Part shown: positions 1 to 12,939 of the stretch, piece by piece | How positions within the stretch are numbered: the first letter of the stretch is position 1 | Layout: every line of letters starts with the position of its first letter | Assembly (NCBI RefSeq): GCF_009834535.1 | Contig: NC_045697.1 | Location: 74,092,001-74,156,000 of the forward strand | DNA length: 64,000 bases | Direction of reading: 5' to 3' | Origin: Camelus ferus | Lineage: Eukaryota | Program-made: the position numbers and the translations under genes | Notes under the pieces: generated by a model | Database searches by the model: none | What the model was told of the DNA's origin: nothing | Seen by the model: only the letters and a program-made list of their open reading frames with translations

Positions 1-238
1 GTGATAAGAATGCTAGTATTAAGGTAAGCTTGAAACACAAACATTTCAATAATAGAAATTATTTTATTCTCATTGCATACTGAAATGTATATTTTAAATA
101 CCTTTAAAAGTACATATTATTTGAATAAAACACAATAACCCAATAAGCACTTTTAGTGGAAAGCATCTGCTTTCGAAAGCTAGGCTTAAGTCAGCCACAG
201 AAAATTCACGTCGTAATTTTCTAAGTCAGGGTATGTTT

Positions 239-274
239 TACTTCTCGCTTTCTACTTCTCGCTTTCTACTTCTC
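239..274. repeat. 14-bp tandem repeat (TACTTCTCGCTTTC) x2.6
   Basis: Exact copies at 239-252 and 253-266, partial copy at 267-274. Confidence 0.9.
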
Positions 275-607
275 TGGCCTAATTTTTAAATTTAGACTTT
301 AAAATGTTTTAATAAATATGATGAAGACTGACTGATACTCCAATAGCAAAGAGTACACTTAGTACCCAAATCTTGGTTTTTAAATACCAATTCTCCAACA
401 AAAAGAACTAGGGCTTCCTGAAGAAGTGCCTGATCCTAAGGGGTGAAGAACATACAAGATGACCCGGGAACATCTTGTAGTACCAGAAACCAACCAAGCA
501 CTCAAAAAACAAAAGGTTGGAGGTACGTCAAAGGGAAATGGAGCCAACACGAAAGAGTTCCCAAAGGCCAAGGCTGGAACAAGTTGAGCAACAAGATAAA
601 TGGACTA

Positions 608-1067
608 TGGACATACATTGGTGGTAGTGTGAGATTGGTTCCAGACTACTGCAATAAAGCAAATATCGCAATAAAGCAAGTCACACAGATTTTTTGGTTC
701 CCCAGCACATATAAAAATTATGTTTACACTATACTGTAGTCTATTAAGTGTGCAATAATATTATGTCTAAAAAAGGTACATATCTTAATTTAAAAATACT
801 TTATGCTAGAAAGTACTATCATCTGAGCCTTCAGTGAGTTGTAACAGTGACAACAAAGACCACTGATCACAGATTATCATGACAAATATTATGATGAAAA
901 GTCTGAAATCTCAAAATGTGACACAGAGACAAAGTGAGCAAATGCTGTTGGAAAATTGTCACTGATAGACTTGCTCAACACAGGGTTGCCACAAACCTTC
1001 TGTTTGTAAAAAATGCAGTCTCTTCAAAGTACAATAAAGCAAAGTGCAATAAAATGCAGTACGCCTA
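608..1067. mobile_element. Non-autonomous Tigger1 derivative (TcMar-Tigger; Tigger1a_Art-like), about 460 bp
   Basis: Both Tigger1 ends recognisable (GGTTCCAGACTACTGCAATAAAGCAAATATCGCAATAAAGC... and ...CAGGGTTGCCACAAACCTTC...GCAATAAAATGCAGTACGCCTA). Flanked by TA at 606-607 and 1068-1069. Confidence 0.85.
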
Positions 1068-1069
1068 TA

Positions 1070-1895
1070 TTGAACTATAGCCCAAAGTATACAATAAATA
1101 CACGAGTCCACAGTAATACAAATAAGTGATTGTATAAATAAATAAATGAGGGGAAAGAGACAAATGTTTCTTTCAGAAAAGTTCTAAACAATATACGTAG
1201 ATGTTCTCCCCTCCAAGAAATGAAGCTTACCCCGACCCCCCTGAATGTGGGTGGACTGGATTTAGCGACTTGCTTCCAAAGAATAGACTATGGAAAGGGA
1301 AAAACATTTCCATGGAGAAACCTGACAAGCAATACTCTTAACTAAGTGATCAAGGTTAGCATCACCCGTGATAAGTCATGTTCACAGCAGGTACTTCCTG
1401 ATATGCTGTGATGACAAGGGTACTTCACTTCTGTCATATTCTTCCCCCAAACCCATAGCCCCTGTCTCATCATGAGAAAAATATTAGACACACCCAAGTT
1501 CGTGTGACATTCTACAAAACACTTAACCAATCCTGTTCAAGTTTCAGGGTCATCAAAAAAAAAAAAATAAGAAAAGACTGAGAAGTTGTCAGATGGGAGG
1601 AGACCAAGGAAATAAGATTAAACGCAATGTGGTACCCTGAATTGGATCCCAGGACAGGGGAAAAAAAACCAAAAAAACCCAAAAGCCTTAATGGAAGAAC
1701 CAGTAACACTCAAATAAAATGTGGAGTTCAGCTAATAGTGTGTACCAATGTTGATTTCTTAGCCTTGACAAATGTACACTTGTACATTTGGTAATGAAGA
1801 TGTTAACATTAGAAAAAAGTGGTAAGATATATTGGAATTATGTACTACCTTTGTAACCTTGCCAAATCTAAAATTATTCCAAAATAAAGTTTGTG
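1070..1895 (+). mobile_element. Old L1 3' UTR (L1MC/L1MD-like)
   Basis: Motifs GGAGAAACCTGACAA..AAGTGATCAAGGTTAGCATCACC, GCAATGTGGTACCCTGAATTGGATCC and the terminus AATCTAAAATTATTCCAAAATAAAGTTT. Confidence 0.75.
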
Positions 1896-2014
1896 TAAAC
1901 AAAAACAAGCCATGGCTTCAGTCCAATAAAATCAGAAGTATATAACTTAACAATGGCCTCCATTCCACTAAAATTTTATTTCCTCTTCTCAAGCTGTGTG
2001 CATTTTCCTTAGCA

Positions 2015-2156
2015 CTTATAAGTAGACTAAGGTTCTTGAAGGAGATTTTTCTGCTGTTTGTTTTTGTTTGTTCTGTTATGCACTCTGCTGGATCCCCAGT
2101 ATCCAGGAAAGTACCCAGCACTTAGTAGGAATTCAATAAATATGTGCTGAGCAAAT
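2015..2156 (+). mobile_element. L2 3' end fragment
   Basis: CCCAGCACTTAGTAGGAATTCAATAAATATGTGCTGA resembles the L2 terminus. Confidence 0.65.
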
Positions 2157-2574
2157 ATCTCTATTACTATTCCATTTTTTTCTTACGAGCTGTTAACGTA
2201 ATTTTTCTTTTCCCAACCTAGCAACAAGGTAACTCATGAAGGATACTGGTGCACAAAGCAGGATAAAGCACACAAGAGAAAAATGAGAAAAACAGACAAG
2301 TGGCAAAGGATATAAAACTCTTTTTATGATCTATATAGCTCTTTTGCATAGGATGAAAGGTTCACAGGTTAAAAAGGATGCACCTTAAAAAAAAACTTCT
2401 CTTTTGAATATCACATATTTCAAATTCTCTACCTGATTTTAAACTCATCTATGAGCAACACAAGAACAGAAGAAATGAAATTTATCAGTTTGTTGCATGA
2501 TTATTTACTTTTCTATAAATAAAAATATACTTAAGTGGGTCACATTTACATATTTTCTATTAAAATAAAATACA

Positions 2575-3170
2575 GTGGTGGGAATTGAAAATGGTATAGC
2601 AACTTTGGAAGACAGTTGGCAGTTTCTTATAAAGTTAAACATATGACCCAGAAATCCTACTATTAAGTACTTAACCAGAAAAAAATGAAAATTTATGTTC
2701 ACACAAAAATTCGTAAGTGTATGTTTATAGCGGCTTTATTCAAAATCACAAAACTGGAAGCAACCCAAATGTCCAACTGGTAAATGGACAAAGAAACTGT
2801 TATACCCACACAATGGTGTTTTACTCAATAGTATATTAGTCCGTAATAAGAAGGAGTGAACTACTGATATACACAACAAAATGGAAAAATCTAAAACGCT
2901 TTATGCGAAGTGAAAGAAGCTAGACTCAATTTCATTTGGATGACTTTCTAGAAAAGGCAAAACTGTAGGAATAAAGAACAGATCAATGGTTGCCAGAGGT
3001 TGAGGGCAGAGGGGGAGGTGACTCTAAAGAGAGACAGGGACATTTTTTTTTAGTGATAGACTATTCTATACCACAATTGTGAGGGTGTTTAAATGAATCT
3101 ATATTTCTATTATAACTCAGAACCAAAAAAGTAGTGAATTTTTCTCTATGTAATTTTTAAAATAAATAAA
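2575..3170 (+). mobile_element. L1 3' end (L1MB/L1ME-like)
   Basis: GGTGGGAA..AAAATGGTATAGCAACTTTGGAAGACAGTTGGCAGTTTCTT..AACTGGAAGCAACCCAAATGTCCA (ORF2 end / 3' UTR) and an A-rich tail. Confidence 0.8.
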
Positions 3171-3870
3171 TATGGAGCAAAAAAAGGTAGTTAAGAAAAA
3201 TATAATATATTAATGTATAAATGGAGGCATTTATTCCAAATAACAGTCACCAATCTATGATTCTTTCCTCTGCTTTAAGTCACAAAGATAAGGTAGAATT
3301 TTGAAGAGAAGTAAGACAAATCCTTTAGCAGATTACTTCAGTTGTTGTATTTGGAACCTATCATTGTGATGGAAATTAACAATAATCTCAGCTCTAAGAA
3401 TTCAGGAAGCTGTACAAACCAGGAGTTTGTTATTAAAATTAATGAAGTATAGCAAACTTGACAGAATAGCTGGGCTGCTTTTGTAAATTAAAAGTTAATA
3501 GCTATCTCTAGCACATTGATTGATTTGGTATTAAATTTCCCTAAAGTTCCAATGCTCTCGTTAACTGGGGACAAACCCCAACAAACTTATTTAGATGAAA
3601 GAGGAGCATACGATAACTCAAGTACGGGGACAAACGGGACTAGACTATGCTGTGATCGCTAAAAGCCAAAGATTTATGAGAAGTGTGCTTAGACATCTGT
3701 CTCTTTAAACTGGGATCTAAATATCTTCAAACACTAAGGTAACGCCAATATGTATGCTAAAATTATTTTCTAATTGCCATTTTGGAAAGTAAAGAGAGTA
3801 TAAACGTAAGCGAATAGTTTGATTCAGATAACCGTACCCACTAGAAGCCATTTGGACCATGAAATAGTTT

Positions 3871-3981
3871 ATTTACGTATTTTAACTTCTTTTTTCACTT
3901 AATGGAAGTACTGGGGATCGAACCCAGGACCTTGTGCATGCTAAGCACATGCTCTACCATTGAACTATATCCCTCTCCCCC
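3871..3981 (-). mobile_element. tRNA-Ala-derived SINE (camelid Vic-1-like), short form
   Basis: Minus strand GGGGAGAGGGATATAGTTCAATGGTAGAGCATGTGCTTAGCATGCACAAGGTCCTGGGTTCGATCCCCAGTACTTCCA plus an A-rich tail. TSD-like GGACCATGAAATAGTTT (3854-3870) and GGATCATGAAATGTTT (3983-3998). Confidence 0.88.
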
Positions 3982-4536
3982 AGGATCATGAAATGTTTTA
4001 AACAAAAACATAATAAGAAAGTAAGAATAATTTCTGGGAAAAATAAAAATAAAATAGGGCCTTAGATCTCTGATAGTTATAATGCTTTGATGGGTAATAT
4101 ACCAACACATTTGCACAGGAGCAATAAAAACAGAGGCCAAGAGAATGACCTGTAGTTACTGACTGAGCTTAAAAAAGTCACTCAATGTCTCTGGAACTTA
4201 ACTTTCTCAATTTCCTTCAGTCAAGCAATATACAATTTCGTATGTAAAGGGCAACGTACTAGGTGCTGGAATGCAAACGTGCTAAAAAGCGAGCTATGCC
4301 CACAGCTAAGTAAGGCAGGGCACGCGCTCCACATCTTCCGCATCAGCGTCACCCAGTCAGTTTAAAGACAAAGGAGTCCTCTTGGCACAATCAGAGCGCT
4401 AATCTTTGACCCAAAGCCCAAAGGAAGAATAGGAATCCATTAAAAGTTTAGATTCTAGAGTCAATGCTATAAGCAAGCTGTCAGGCTCGATGTAAACGGT
4501 ACCACTGGCCTCTAAAGGCAGGTTTAAAGATAGGTC

Positions 4537-4958
4537 CAGGTATCCCCTGCTTTTTGAAAGTTTGCTTGATGCCACTTCACTTTTACAAAAGACTTACATT
4601 AGTACCTGTTCTCGTTGAGAAAGAAATCCGAAGACGATTTTCGCTTTTACAAAAAAAGGCAAAAATCAAAAACAGCATTCATAGTTCGTTTTTTAGCAGC
4701 TGCTACAGAGGCAGTGCGCCTCACCCCTAAGCAGTGAGGGCGGCCCCGCCCAGCTCCTTGCCAGGAGCTACGCTCCTCATCTCAGCATCAAGCTGCCATA
4801 GCTCTAAACTGTGTCTGTGAGCATCTGTGTTACCCTCAATTTATTTTGTGCATCCGTTAGCAAGATGTGTCCTAAGGCACGGCTTCTTCGCTTTACGCCA
4901 TTACGGCTTATGAAAGATTTCGTAGGAATGCTCCCCTTTCGGACAGCAGGTAGGTCTG
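4537..4958 (-). mobile_element. TcMar-Tigger non-autonomous element (Tigger9-like)
   Basis: Imperfect TIRs CAGGTATCCCCTGCTTTTTGAAAG and CTTTCGGACAGCAGGTAGGTCTG. The right end reverse-complements to the recalled Tigger9 start (..CCGAAAG..GCATTCCTACGAAA..GGCGTAAAGCGAAGAAGC). Confidence 0.7.
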
Positions 4959-5689
4959 TGCTACCTATCCTGATCCCCTTTAAAATGAAACAGGTAATCT
5001 ATATGATACCTATGAGCCGCAGGAGAGACACGGTACGTGCAGCAAGCACCTGTGGCAATGTTTGCCACTCGTTAAAGACTGAACTGAAGTACACGTTAGA
5101 AACAGCCCTTTCTCAGAGTAAATTAGTGGTAAATCTTAGGTTAGAACTCCATTATCTGTAGCTCAGACTGGTTGTTTCTTTAGGGTTGAAACCAAGTTGT
5201 TGTTACCAATTTACTTTTTTAAAATATCTATTTTGTTGTTGTTTAAACCAAGCAATGCATGTGCATGGTTAAGAAAAAAAAAGTCCTCACTTTTCTCCAA
5301 TCCAGTTCCACTCTCAGAGCAACCCAATCTCACCTCTTTTACTTTAGGTCCAGAGGCTGTCTTCATTTCTCTAAATAATATATGGTTGGTTTTTAATTCA
5401 TAGTTTTAGAATATTATCTGCTGATCCCAAGTCTGAGAGGTAAGTCTGACCCCAACCTATGCCTCTTAAATTCTCTATTGGCCAGTCTTAATACTAAAGC
5501 TTTATTCCTTGTTCCACCAAAAAGATGCAGTATTTCTTGATTTGACTAACTGGCCTTTTACTTCTCTAGTCCTTCTTCTTCTCTCTCCTAATTTTTATTT
5601 TCTGCACTTTTATTTTTTCATTTCAAGGCTAAGATGTTCTATAATCACACTGAGTTTTCTGTGCTTTTCCTGTTAGTGTATTTCCTAAA

Positions 5690-5840
5690 AATAAGAAAAA
5701 CCTGGACTGCTTGTTAAACAGATCTCTGGACCCCCATATCCAGCTAATCAAAATTGTGAGGGAAATCTGGGTATCTATATTAATAGCACCCTCTCCCCAG
5801 TAATTCTTATAGTCAGGCAAGGTTAGGAAGTATTGTCTAT
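5690..5840. mobile_element. MER5-like hAT-Charlie MITE fragment
   Basis: CCTGG..GCTTGTTAAACAGATCTCTGGACCCC..ATCTATATTAATAGCACCC..TAATTCTTAT pattern. Confidence 0.5.
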
Positions 5841-6961
5841 GTGTTGATTTTTGGCCAAGCAGAATGTTATAAGTAAATTCTCTTTCCTGTTCAGTGTCTA
5901 TTTTAACTTGTGTTTCCAATTTTCCTCCTTCCATTGTCAGTCATAATTATATCTATAAATTATTCAAACGCCTCACAGATTCCATTAAAACTATGGAATG
6001 CTCTCTTTACCCAAATATCTCCCTTTGGAAATCTCATTCTTCCTGCTGCAGTCTGGATTGGATGCTCTCTTGGCACCCAAAGTCTCTGCTTCTTTGATCT
6101 CCAGCTTAGATCTGTTTTCCGGATCCCACGCATTCACCTTTTTTGGTTTACTTACTTGTTCTGCAGGAGTGAATCCCTAACTTGTATGTAAGAAAGGTTG
6201 CATGGGAGGTAAATTTCCCAAGTCCTTAAATGTCTGGAACGTTGATTCAGTCCTCACCCTACATTACTGGATGCCTGAGTAAATTCTAGGAGGAAAATTA
6301 TCTTCTCAGAATTTCAAAGGCATCAGATCCCAGTTTGATTCTCAGTCCTTTGGAGGTGACCTGTTTTCCCTCCCTCCCCTGCCCCCAACCCCAGAACTTT
6401 CAGGATCTTCTTTGTAAAAGCTTCAGTTTCCTGAGATTTCACAGTAAAGTGTCTGGGTCTCAGAACACTTGGGTACTTAAATTCTTGGATTTCTTCTATT
6501 ATTCCTTTGAAAATTCTTCATTTTGTCTGTTTTTCCTTCTGGAACTCATATTAGCCAAATGTTAGACTTCCTAGATTAACCTGTGTGTCTCTTCTTTCTA
6601 TCTCTCTTTTCTGTCTCTTTGACATTTTGTCCTACGTTTTGATTGACTTCTTTACCATATATTCTAACTTTTCTGTATTAGTTTTCTAGGACTGCCACAA
6701 CAAATGATCACACACTTGGTGGCTTAAAACAGCAGAACACCATTCTTACTGACCACACTTACTGACTTATTTGTCTTAACACTCAGATGTTAATTTCCAA
6801 GAGTTCTTGTTCTTCGAATGCCTTTTCTTCATAGCCTCCTCTTCCTTCTCAATGGGTGCCAAAGCTTCTGAAATCTCAGAAGACACCCATTTGACTCTGA
6901 AAAATTCAAGTTCTCCTCTACTTCCTTTTTTTCCCTAATGTTAGTTTACAAGGTTTCCTTA

Positions 6962-8550
6962 AATTCACTCATTCAGTAAATATTTACTGACCACATGTAC
7001 TACACCAGGCACTGTTTTAGGTACTAAGTATAAAAATTGCTTGCTTTTATGGAACTTATATTCTGGTGGGAGGGGTGCAAAGAAGCAATGAATATGAGTA
7101 TGTTTTTAACCACATCAAGTCCAGGGCAAGAAAAGAGTGAATAATGGAAGGAGACAACATTTTACATTGAAATGTCAGGGAAGATCTCTCTGGTAGGCAG
7201 CATTTCAGCACAGGCATGAATGAAGTGAGGAAGTGGGTCAAGGATACTCCAGGGAGGAATGTGGCAGGAAGGGCAAGTGCAGAGGTGCTGAGGTGAGAAT
7301 GAGCACGGCACGTTAGAGAAACCGTACGGAGGCCAGGATGGCAGGAGCACAACGATGAGAAGGAAGAGGGGTAAGCAACGCATTCAGAGAATTAGGTGAC
7401 CAGTTCTAGGTCACACGGGACCTTGGGTTCTGTGAGCAGCACCTGGACATGATCAGACCTCAATTTTTCAAGAATCAAGATGACTCTCATGTGGAAAGCA
7501 GACTTCAGAGGGGGCTGGGGGAGGCAAGGTGAAGAATCAGGAGGCTCCTGCAATTAATTAGTCAAGTGAGAGGTGACAGTGACATGGATCTAGTGACGAG
7601 GGTGGGGGTGGAGACAAGTAACCGTCTTCTGGATACGTTTCAAAAGCTGGACTGAAGGGAGAGACACAAAGTAGATGTGGGGTAAGAGGAAGAGGGGCCA
7701 CAACAATGAGCTGTGTTAAGTTAGGTGTGAAGACAGACAGGGATAGTTGGGCGGAGGCTGGGGGCTCACGAGCTCTGTTCTTTACACGTTAACCTTGAGA
7801 TATGCCTTAGACGTTTCCATGGAAGTACAGAGTACACTTCCTGGACATGCAAGACGAGACTCAGGCCAACGTTACAAATCTGGGAAGCAGAGATGGTATC
7901 TCGAGCTATGGGACCGGATGTGATCATCTAGAGCAGAAGCAGTAAGACTGCCAACTCTGGCCCATGGGCCAAATCCAGGATGGCCTGCTGTTATTTTTGT
8001 AAATGAAGTTCTGTTGGAACATAGCCACACCGATGCCTTTCTTGTCTGGTGGCTTCTGCCCTACAATACAGGTTAGGTAACTGTGACAGAGAGTACAGAA
8101 GTTGTGCTAGAGACGACAGGGTCTGCGAAGCCTAAACTATTTACTACCCAGCCCTGGACAGAAAGGGCCTGCCAACCCCTGCCCTGGGGACAGAACAGAT
8201 AGGAAGTGAGCCGAGTACTGAGTCCGGGGCCATTTCAAAGGTTAGAGTTCAGATCAGAGGATCCAGCGAGGGAGACTGCTGAAGGAGATGCCATCAAAGT
8301 AAGATAAAAGAGAGCGTTGTTCCAGATGGAAAAAGAAAAAAAAAAGTTTCAAGGAAGAGAGCGGACTCGACTATGAAAAATACTATTGAGAATCCACACG
8401 AGATGAGAAGTTACAGTTGATCATTCTGTTTGCCACATAGATGTCACCTTCTGACAAAGCAGTCTGGTAGACAGAGTAGCAGCGATGAAAACCTGGCTGA
8501 AGGGGATCCCTCACAATTTGGTCTAAATTTAAGAATAAGAGATGAGAAAA
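6962..8550 (-). mobile_element. L2 remnant (interrupted by MER58)
   Basis: Starts ATTCACTCATTCAGTAAATATTTACTGA..CCAGGCACTGTTTTAGG (L2 3' end, antisense) and continues as purine-rich degenerate L2 body. Confidence 0.7.
7941..8181 (+). mobile_element. MER58-like hAT-Charlie element nested in L2
   Basis: GGCCCATGGGCCAAATCCAG..TTTTTGTAAATGAAGTTCTGTTGGAACATAGCCACACC..AAGCCTAAACTATTTACTA..TGCCAACCCCTG. Confidence 0.8.
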
Positions 8551-10189
8551 GGCTGATGTGCATGCAGAGAGGCTTGCTGAAGGGCCCGCTACCCAGGGAG
8601 ATGTCTGGGAGAGAAGCTCCACTGGGCGTCCCCTAAATGCCAGCGTGCACAGAGCTTGGCAGGGCCGGCCACACTCAGGTCCTCCGAACACCCTCCAAAC
8701 ACTTTCTTCAATTTCTAAGGGAGGAATCAGCCATCCGCCAAGCCCCAGGAACACCTGCGAGCTACTCCATAATAAAACCAAAACGACCTCCCTGTGTTAA
8801 CCCCACGTCACTCTCTCACCCTCTCTCCCACCTGATGTCGACAGGTCTCGGAGGTTGCACAGAGCAGTTCAGGGCTCCCTAAACCGCGTCCCCTCAGCAC
8901 GTGTAGCTCCTCGTGCTGCTCCATCAACACCCACACTTCTACCTGTTTTCCTTCTTTTATAAACATTCTGAAATACCCAGCTCTGAGGGATCCTCCTTGT
9001 TTGTTGTTCTAGTGTTATCCTTTTTTTATTCACCTACTATCACTGTAATAGGGTATTTACTAGGAAGGAGCCAAGGTAAGCACTTGTCATCCTGCCATCT
9101 CGTCTTTGTATTTCACTTCGTCAAAAATCAGACTACATGCCTACTAGGCATGGCTAATGCCCTCTGGCAGCCCCACCAATACACACGGGTATCGCCAGTG
9201 TCAAAACCTCCCCTTCACCTGGACTGAAATGAGATCTTATTCTAGCACTTTGTATGTTATCCATGTGTTTTTCTCTTATAACAGCAAGTTGTATCAGAAG
9301 GAAAGTTTGCTACTTGTATTACTGAGTGAGAAAATTGAATGTGATTGCAAAACCTGTGTCTGGTTATATATCTATTATATACACCGAATAGCTACAGGTA
9401 ACCAAGTACCAACATACTATTACGTATTATTACTAAAACTACTTATAGAGATCCTTATGGGAATCTGCAGCAACAACGAAAACCAAAAAATATAACTAAA
9501 GTTTCTCTATCTGTGCAGTAACTATTATGTCCTATTCTGTTGATTCAAGTTCTATGATATGAACCAACTTAAAAAAAAAGGCATAGGAACTCATGTATTT
9601 AAGACTCAAACAATGTTTTGTGCATTACTCACAGGAAGTTTTATTAAGTCCAATGTATGGTACACTCAATGGCAGATTCCTCCTACTATTCAAATGATGT
9701 ACTTTAAAAAGACATTTCAACATAAGCGTAGGTTTGATATAAATGACAGAACAAATTCATTGTTAAAGAACTACATGATTTATTCTCATGCTAAATAAAT
9801 GCAACCTGAATTATCTGCAGCACTGTTTCTCTAAGTGAACCAGTTGTCTACTCCACAGTAACAAAAATCCAAACTACAGAAAGTGTAGCTTCTCCTCATC
9901 CTTTCAGAAAAGTTAAAAAATCTAAAATAATGAATTTTCAAGTTATCAACAAAACCAAAACATGTAGACTACCAAAAGGATATTGGTATGCAGCTGTCTT
10001 TGGTCCCAAGAGTGCTGCAAGTCAGTGCTCAGTACTCTGGCACCTCGGAACTAGTAAATTGGGACATACTCAAAATGTGTAATTCTATCCACTTCCCATT
10101 GTCCTTCACCTTTCACAAAACATAACAATAAGAATCCTGGTCTTATGTCAAAGTCAAAAGGAAAAAAGAAATAATGTATATTAAATATT

Positions 10190-10375
10190 AACCATGTGCT
10201 GTACATGAGACACTGATAGTCTTTACACACGTGGTCTCATTTAACTGCCACAGCAATTTTGTAAAATTATCAGTGCTATCTCTATTTTACGGATAGGGAA
10301 ATTGAGCTAAGGGATGCCTGAGACAGTCAAGCCAGGCCTACAATCTGAGTGTTCTGACTATGAGTCTAGAACACA
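10190..10375 (-). mobile_element. MIR fragment
   Basis: TCTCATTTAA..CACAGCAA..CTATTTTACGGATAGGGAAATTGAG core. Confidence 0.6.
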
Positions 10376-10640
10376 CCACTTTCCAAACAGAATTCCATGA
10401 AACTCTGGAGTTACTAAGATGTCAACAACTATTCTGGGAAACAGGCTCTGGGGCTCAAAAATCTGGGACAAGTTATTTTATACAAGAATTTCCAAGAACT
10501 TTAATATGTACATTGTGACTCCCCAAGGTGATAAAAATGGGAAGTGTTTGGCTAATTTATTAAACATGAAGCCCTTTGTTTAAAGAAAACCTAGTAACAT
10601 ACCATGGGATGCTTGTGATCGAGTAAATAGTTTGAAATAC
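10376..10640. mobile_element. MER103-like hAT element
   Basis: AACTTTAATATGTACATTGTGACTCCCCAAGG resembles the recalled MER103 internal sequence. Confidence 0.45.
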
Positions 10641-11247
10641 GATCACGGAGTCCAATTTCCTCTTTCCATGGTTTAATAAAATGAGGAACAGAGAGGTTAA
10701 ATTACTCACTTAGGGCCACACAAAACGTTAGCAACGTGGCCAGGAGGCCTGATGACTCCTGCCGGGACGCTCTTTCCCCTCTACCACCCTGTCTCGCTTC
10801 AGTACTATTTCTACAAAGTTCCACACCTATTAAAAGGAAAAATAGTACTGCATCTATTATTTATTCTAATTCTCTGAATGGTGGTAAAGACAAACCATTT
10901 ACAGAAACGAAACTCAAAACTCGTCTACCTCCCAACTGCACTAGTACTTCAGAGACCTGGGATATCTCTCGAAATGTGGGAAGTGATTCCACCGTGATAA
11001 TGCTAAATAACGCTTTCCGGCCAAGCAGCGCTAGCTATCCTCATGTTCTTTGAAGTGGGAGAACTGCTGTCTACCACTGCACAGAGACACTGCCAGAGTT
11101 TAAAAGATCCAGTTTGTGACCATCTTTACAAAGAGCAAACTGTTCAGCTGTTTGTTGTTTCCCCCTTACCTCCTCCTCCGACCCTAACGAGGTTTCCTTT
11201 CACTTTGGCCCACCCTTCCAGCAAGTAGCGAGCAGTCCCGGGCCAAC

Positions 11248-11278
11248 GACGCCATCTGGCGTTTAGTTCAGGAATTGT
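11248..11278 (-). promoter_or_regulatory. Candidate CTCF binding site
   Basis: Minus strand reads ACAATTCC-tgaacta-AACGCCAGATGGCGTC, close to the CTCF core (CCASYAGRKGGCR) plus an upstream-module-like CAATTCC. CpGs are locally retained. Confidence 0.5.
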
Positions 11279-12349
11279 TTAACCCAGCAATACCTTCCAA
11301 TTCCTGTCTCACCACCTGGCCCCTACCCCAAATCACGTTCTCCTTTCTTCCAATTCTTGCCCATTTACCTCAGTAAAAAACCTTTTTTCTTCTTTTCTGT
11401 CGTTTATCCCAACTCAGTGAAATACTTATTTGTGGTATTCTAGTTACAGAAAAATGAGTCTGAAAATAACTTGTAAATAGAAAAACAAATGACAGCGAGA
11501 AGCCAATATAGCCCCAGAAATGCCCTAACAGAGGCTCTGCCCCAATACGGAAAGTTAAGAGTAACTATTATTCATCCAATGCCTCCAAGGAATGTCCGCA
11601 GTAAGAAGGAACTTAAAGATCACTGTTAGGTCAATCGCTTTATTTTACAGCTAAAGAAATTGGCCTCGGAAGACATGAAGCAATCACCTGCCCAAGAGCA
11701 CACAAGTTAATGTAGAGCCATAATTAAGGCCCAAGACTCCCCATTCCAAAGGGGCTATACCATATGTTCCAAGATACTCAAGACTGTTTTTCCTCAGCCA
11801 ACGTTCAAGTAGAATTTTTTAGAGTTTTAAAATTTTCCTTAATTAATTATATTGATATTATGAATCCCTTCAGGGCAGGGCCCATAACTAAAACCCCAGT
11901 GCCACATCTAACAGTGCCTAGTGCACTTCATAAATATTTATTGACTTTTTTGTCTATTATTTATTACTGTATTTATTGCAGATCTAGAGTATTTTCATCC
12001 TACTATGAGTTAAGACAACTTTTATCTACTAAAAAAACCTCACTTATTTTGGAACACTGCTTCTATGGAAAGCTGTTCCTCAAATCATAGACTTTTGCGA
12101 CAATCCATTCAGAAATTTGGGTCTTCTTGTTAATGGTTCCCCTCTACCTAATTAGTCTTGAAAAGAATATGTAGCATAGAGGAAAAGGCAAACAATTTCG
12201 AAGAAAATGGGAATTTCAGTATTAGCTGCATTATAACCACAAAACTAAACAAATTCATTTTTCTCTCCTATAAACTACTCCTCAACCCTAAGCTCAAGTA
12301 GGACACATGTAAATATTTTTAAAATTACAGGGATCAATAATGATCACAG

Positions 12350-12545
12350 CTATTAATAATAATAACTTATATTCTAGACCCGATGACTAATCACTTTGTA
12401 TTCACTATGTCATGTAATTCTTAGTCTTATTTTCACAGATGAGAAAAACCAAGGCTCAGCAAGTTAGGAAACTTGTCCAGGGTCACAGAGCTAAGAGCTA
12501 AAGAATCCAGAATTCAAGCTGAGATCTGAAAGTCTCCAGAGCTGG
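12350..12545 (-). mobile_element. MIR fragment
   Basis: ATTTTCACAGATGAGAAAAACCAAGGCTCAGCAAGTTAGGAAACTTGTCCAGGGTCACAGAGCTA core. Confidence 0.75.
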
Positions 12546-12939
12546 AGGTCCCTACAGGTGGGCGATAAGGCCAGGCCGACTTTACAGGGGAAAGAAAAAA
12601 GTACTACTCCCCTCAGAGCTCTGAAATCAGCGAGGCATGAAAGCAACTCAACCAACCTCACTATTTCACGTCATAGCCTACACAGTGAAATATCAGGATG
12701 CAAAGAAAAATGAGAAGAATGAAGATCTTCACTGGCCAGGTCAGTGCCCCAAGTGGCCTCGCCCTCTAGGCTTGCTCAGTTTGGGGAGAAGAGGCCACTC
12801 TCAAATCAATATGGCTCTTGATCGTGGATCGCATTCAAGGTGCAAATTTGAGAGAATAAATTCATGCTTCTGGGAAAAGAGCCTTCATCAGAGTGCCCCC
12901 CCACCCCATCCCCGAAAAAGAAAAGTGGACCAGGCATCT

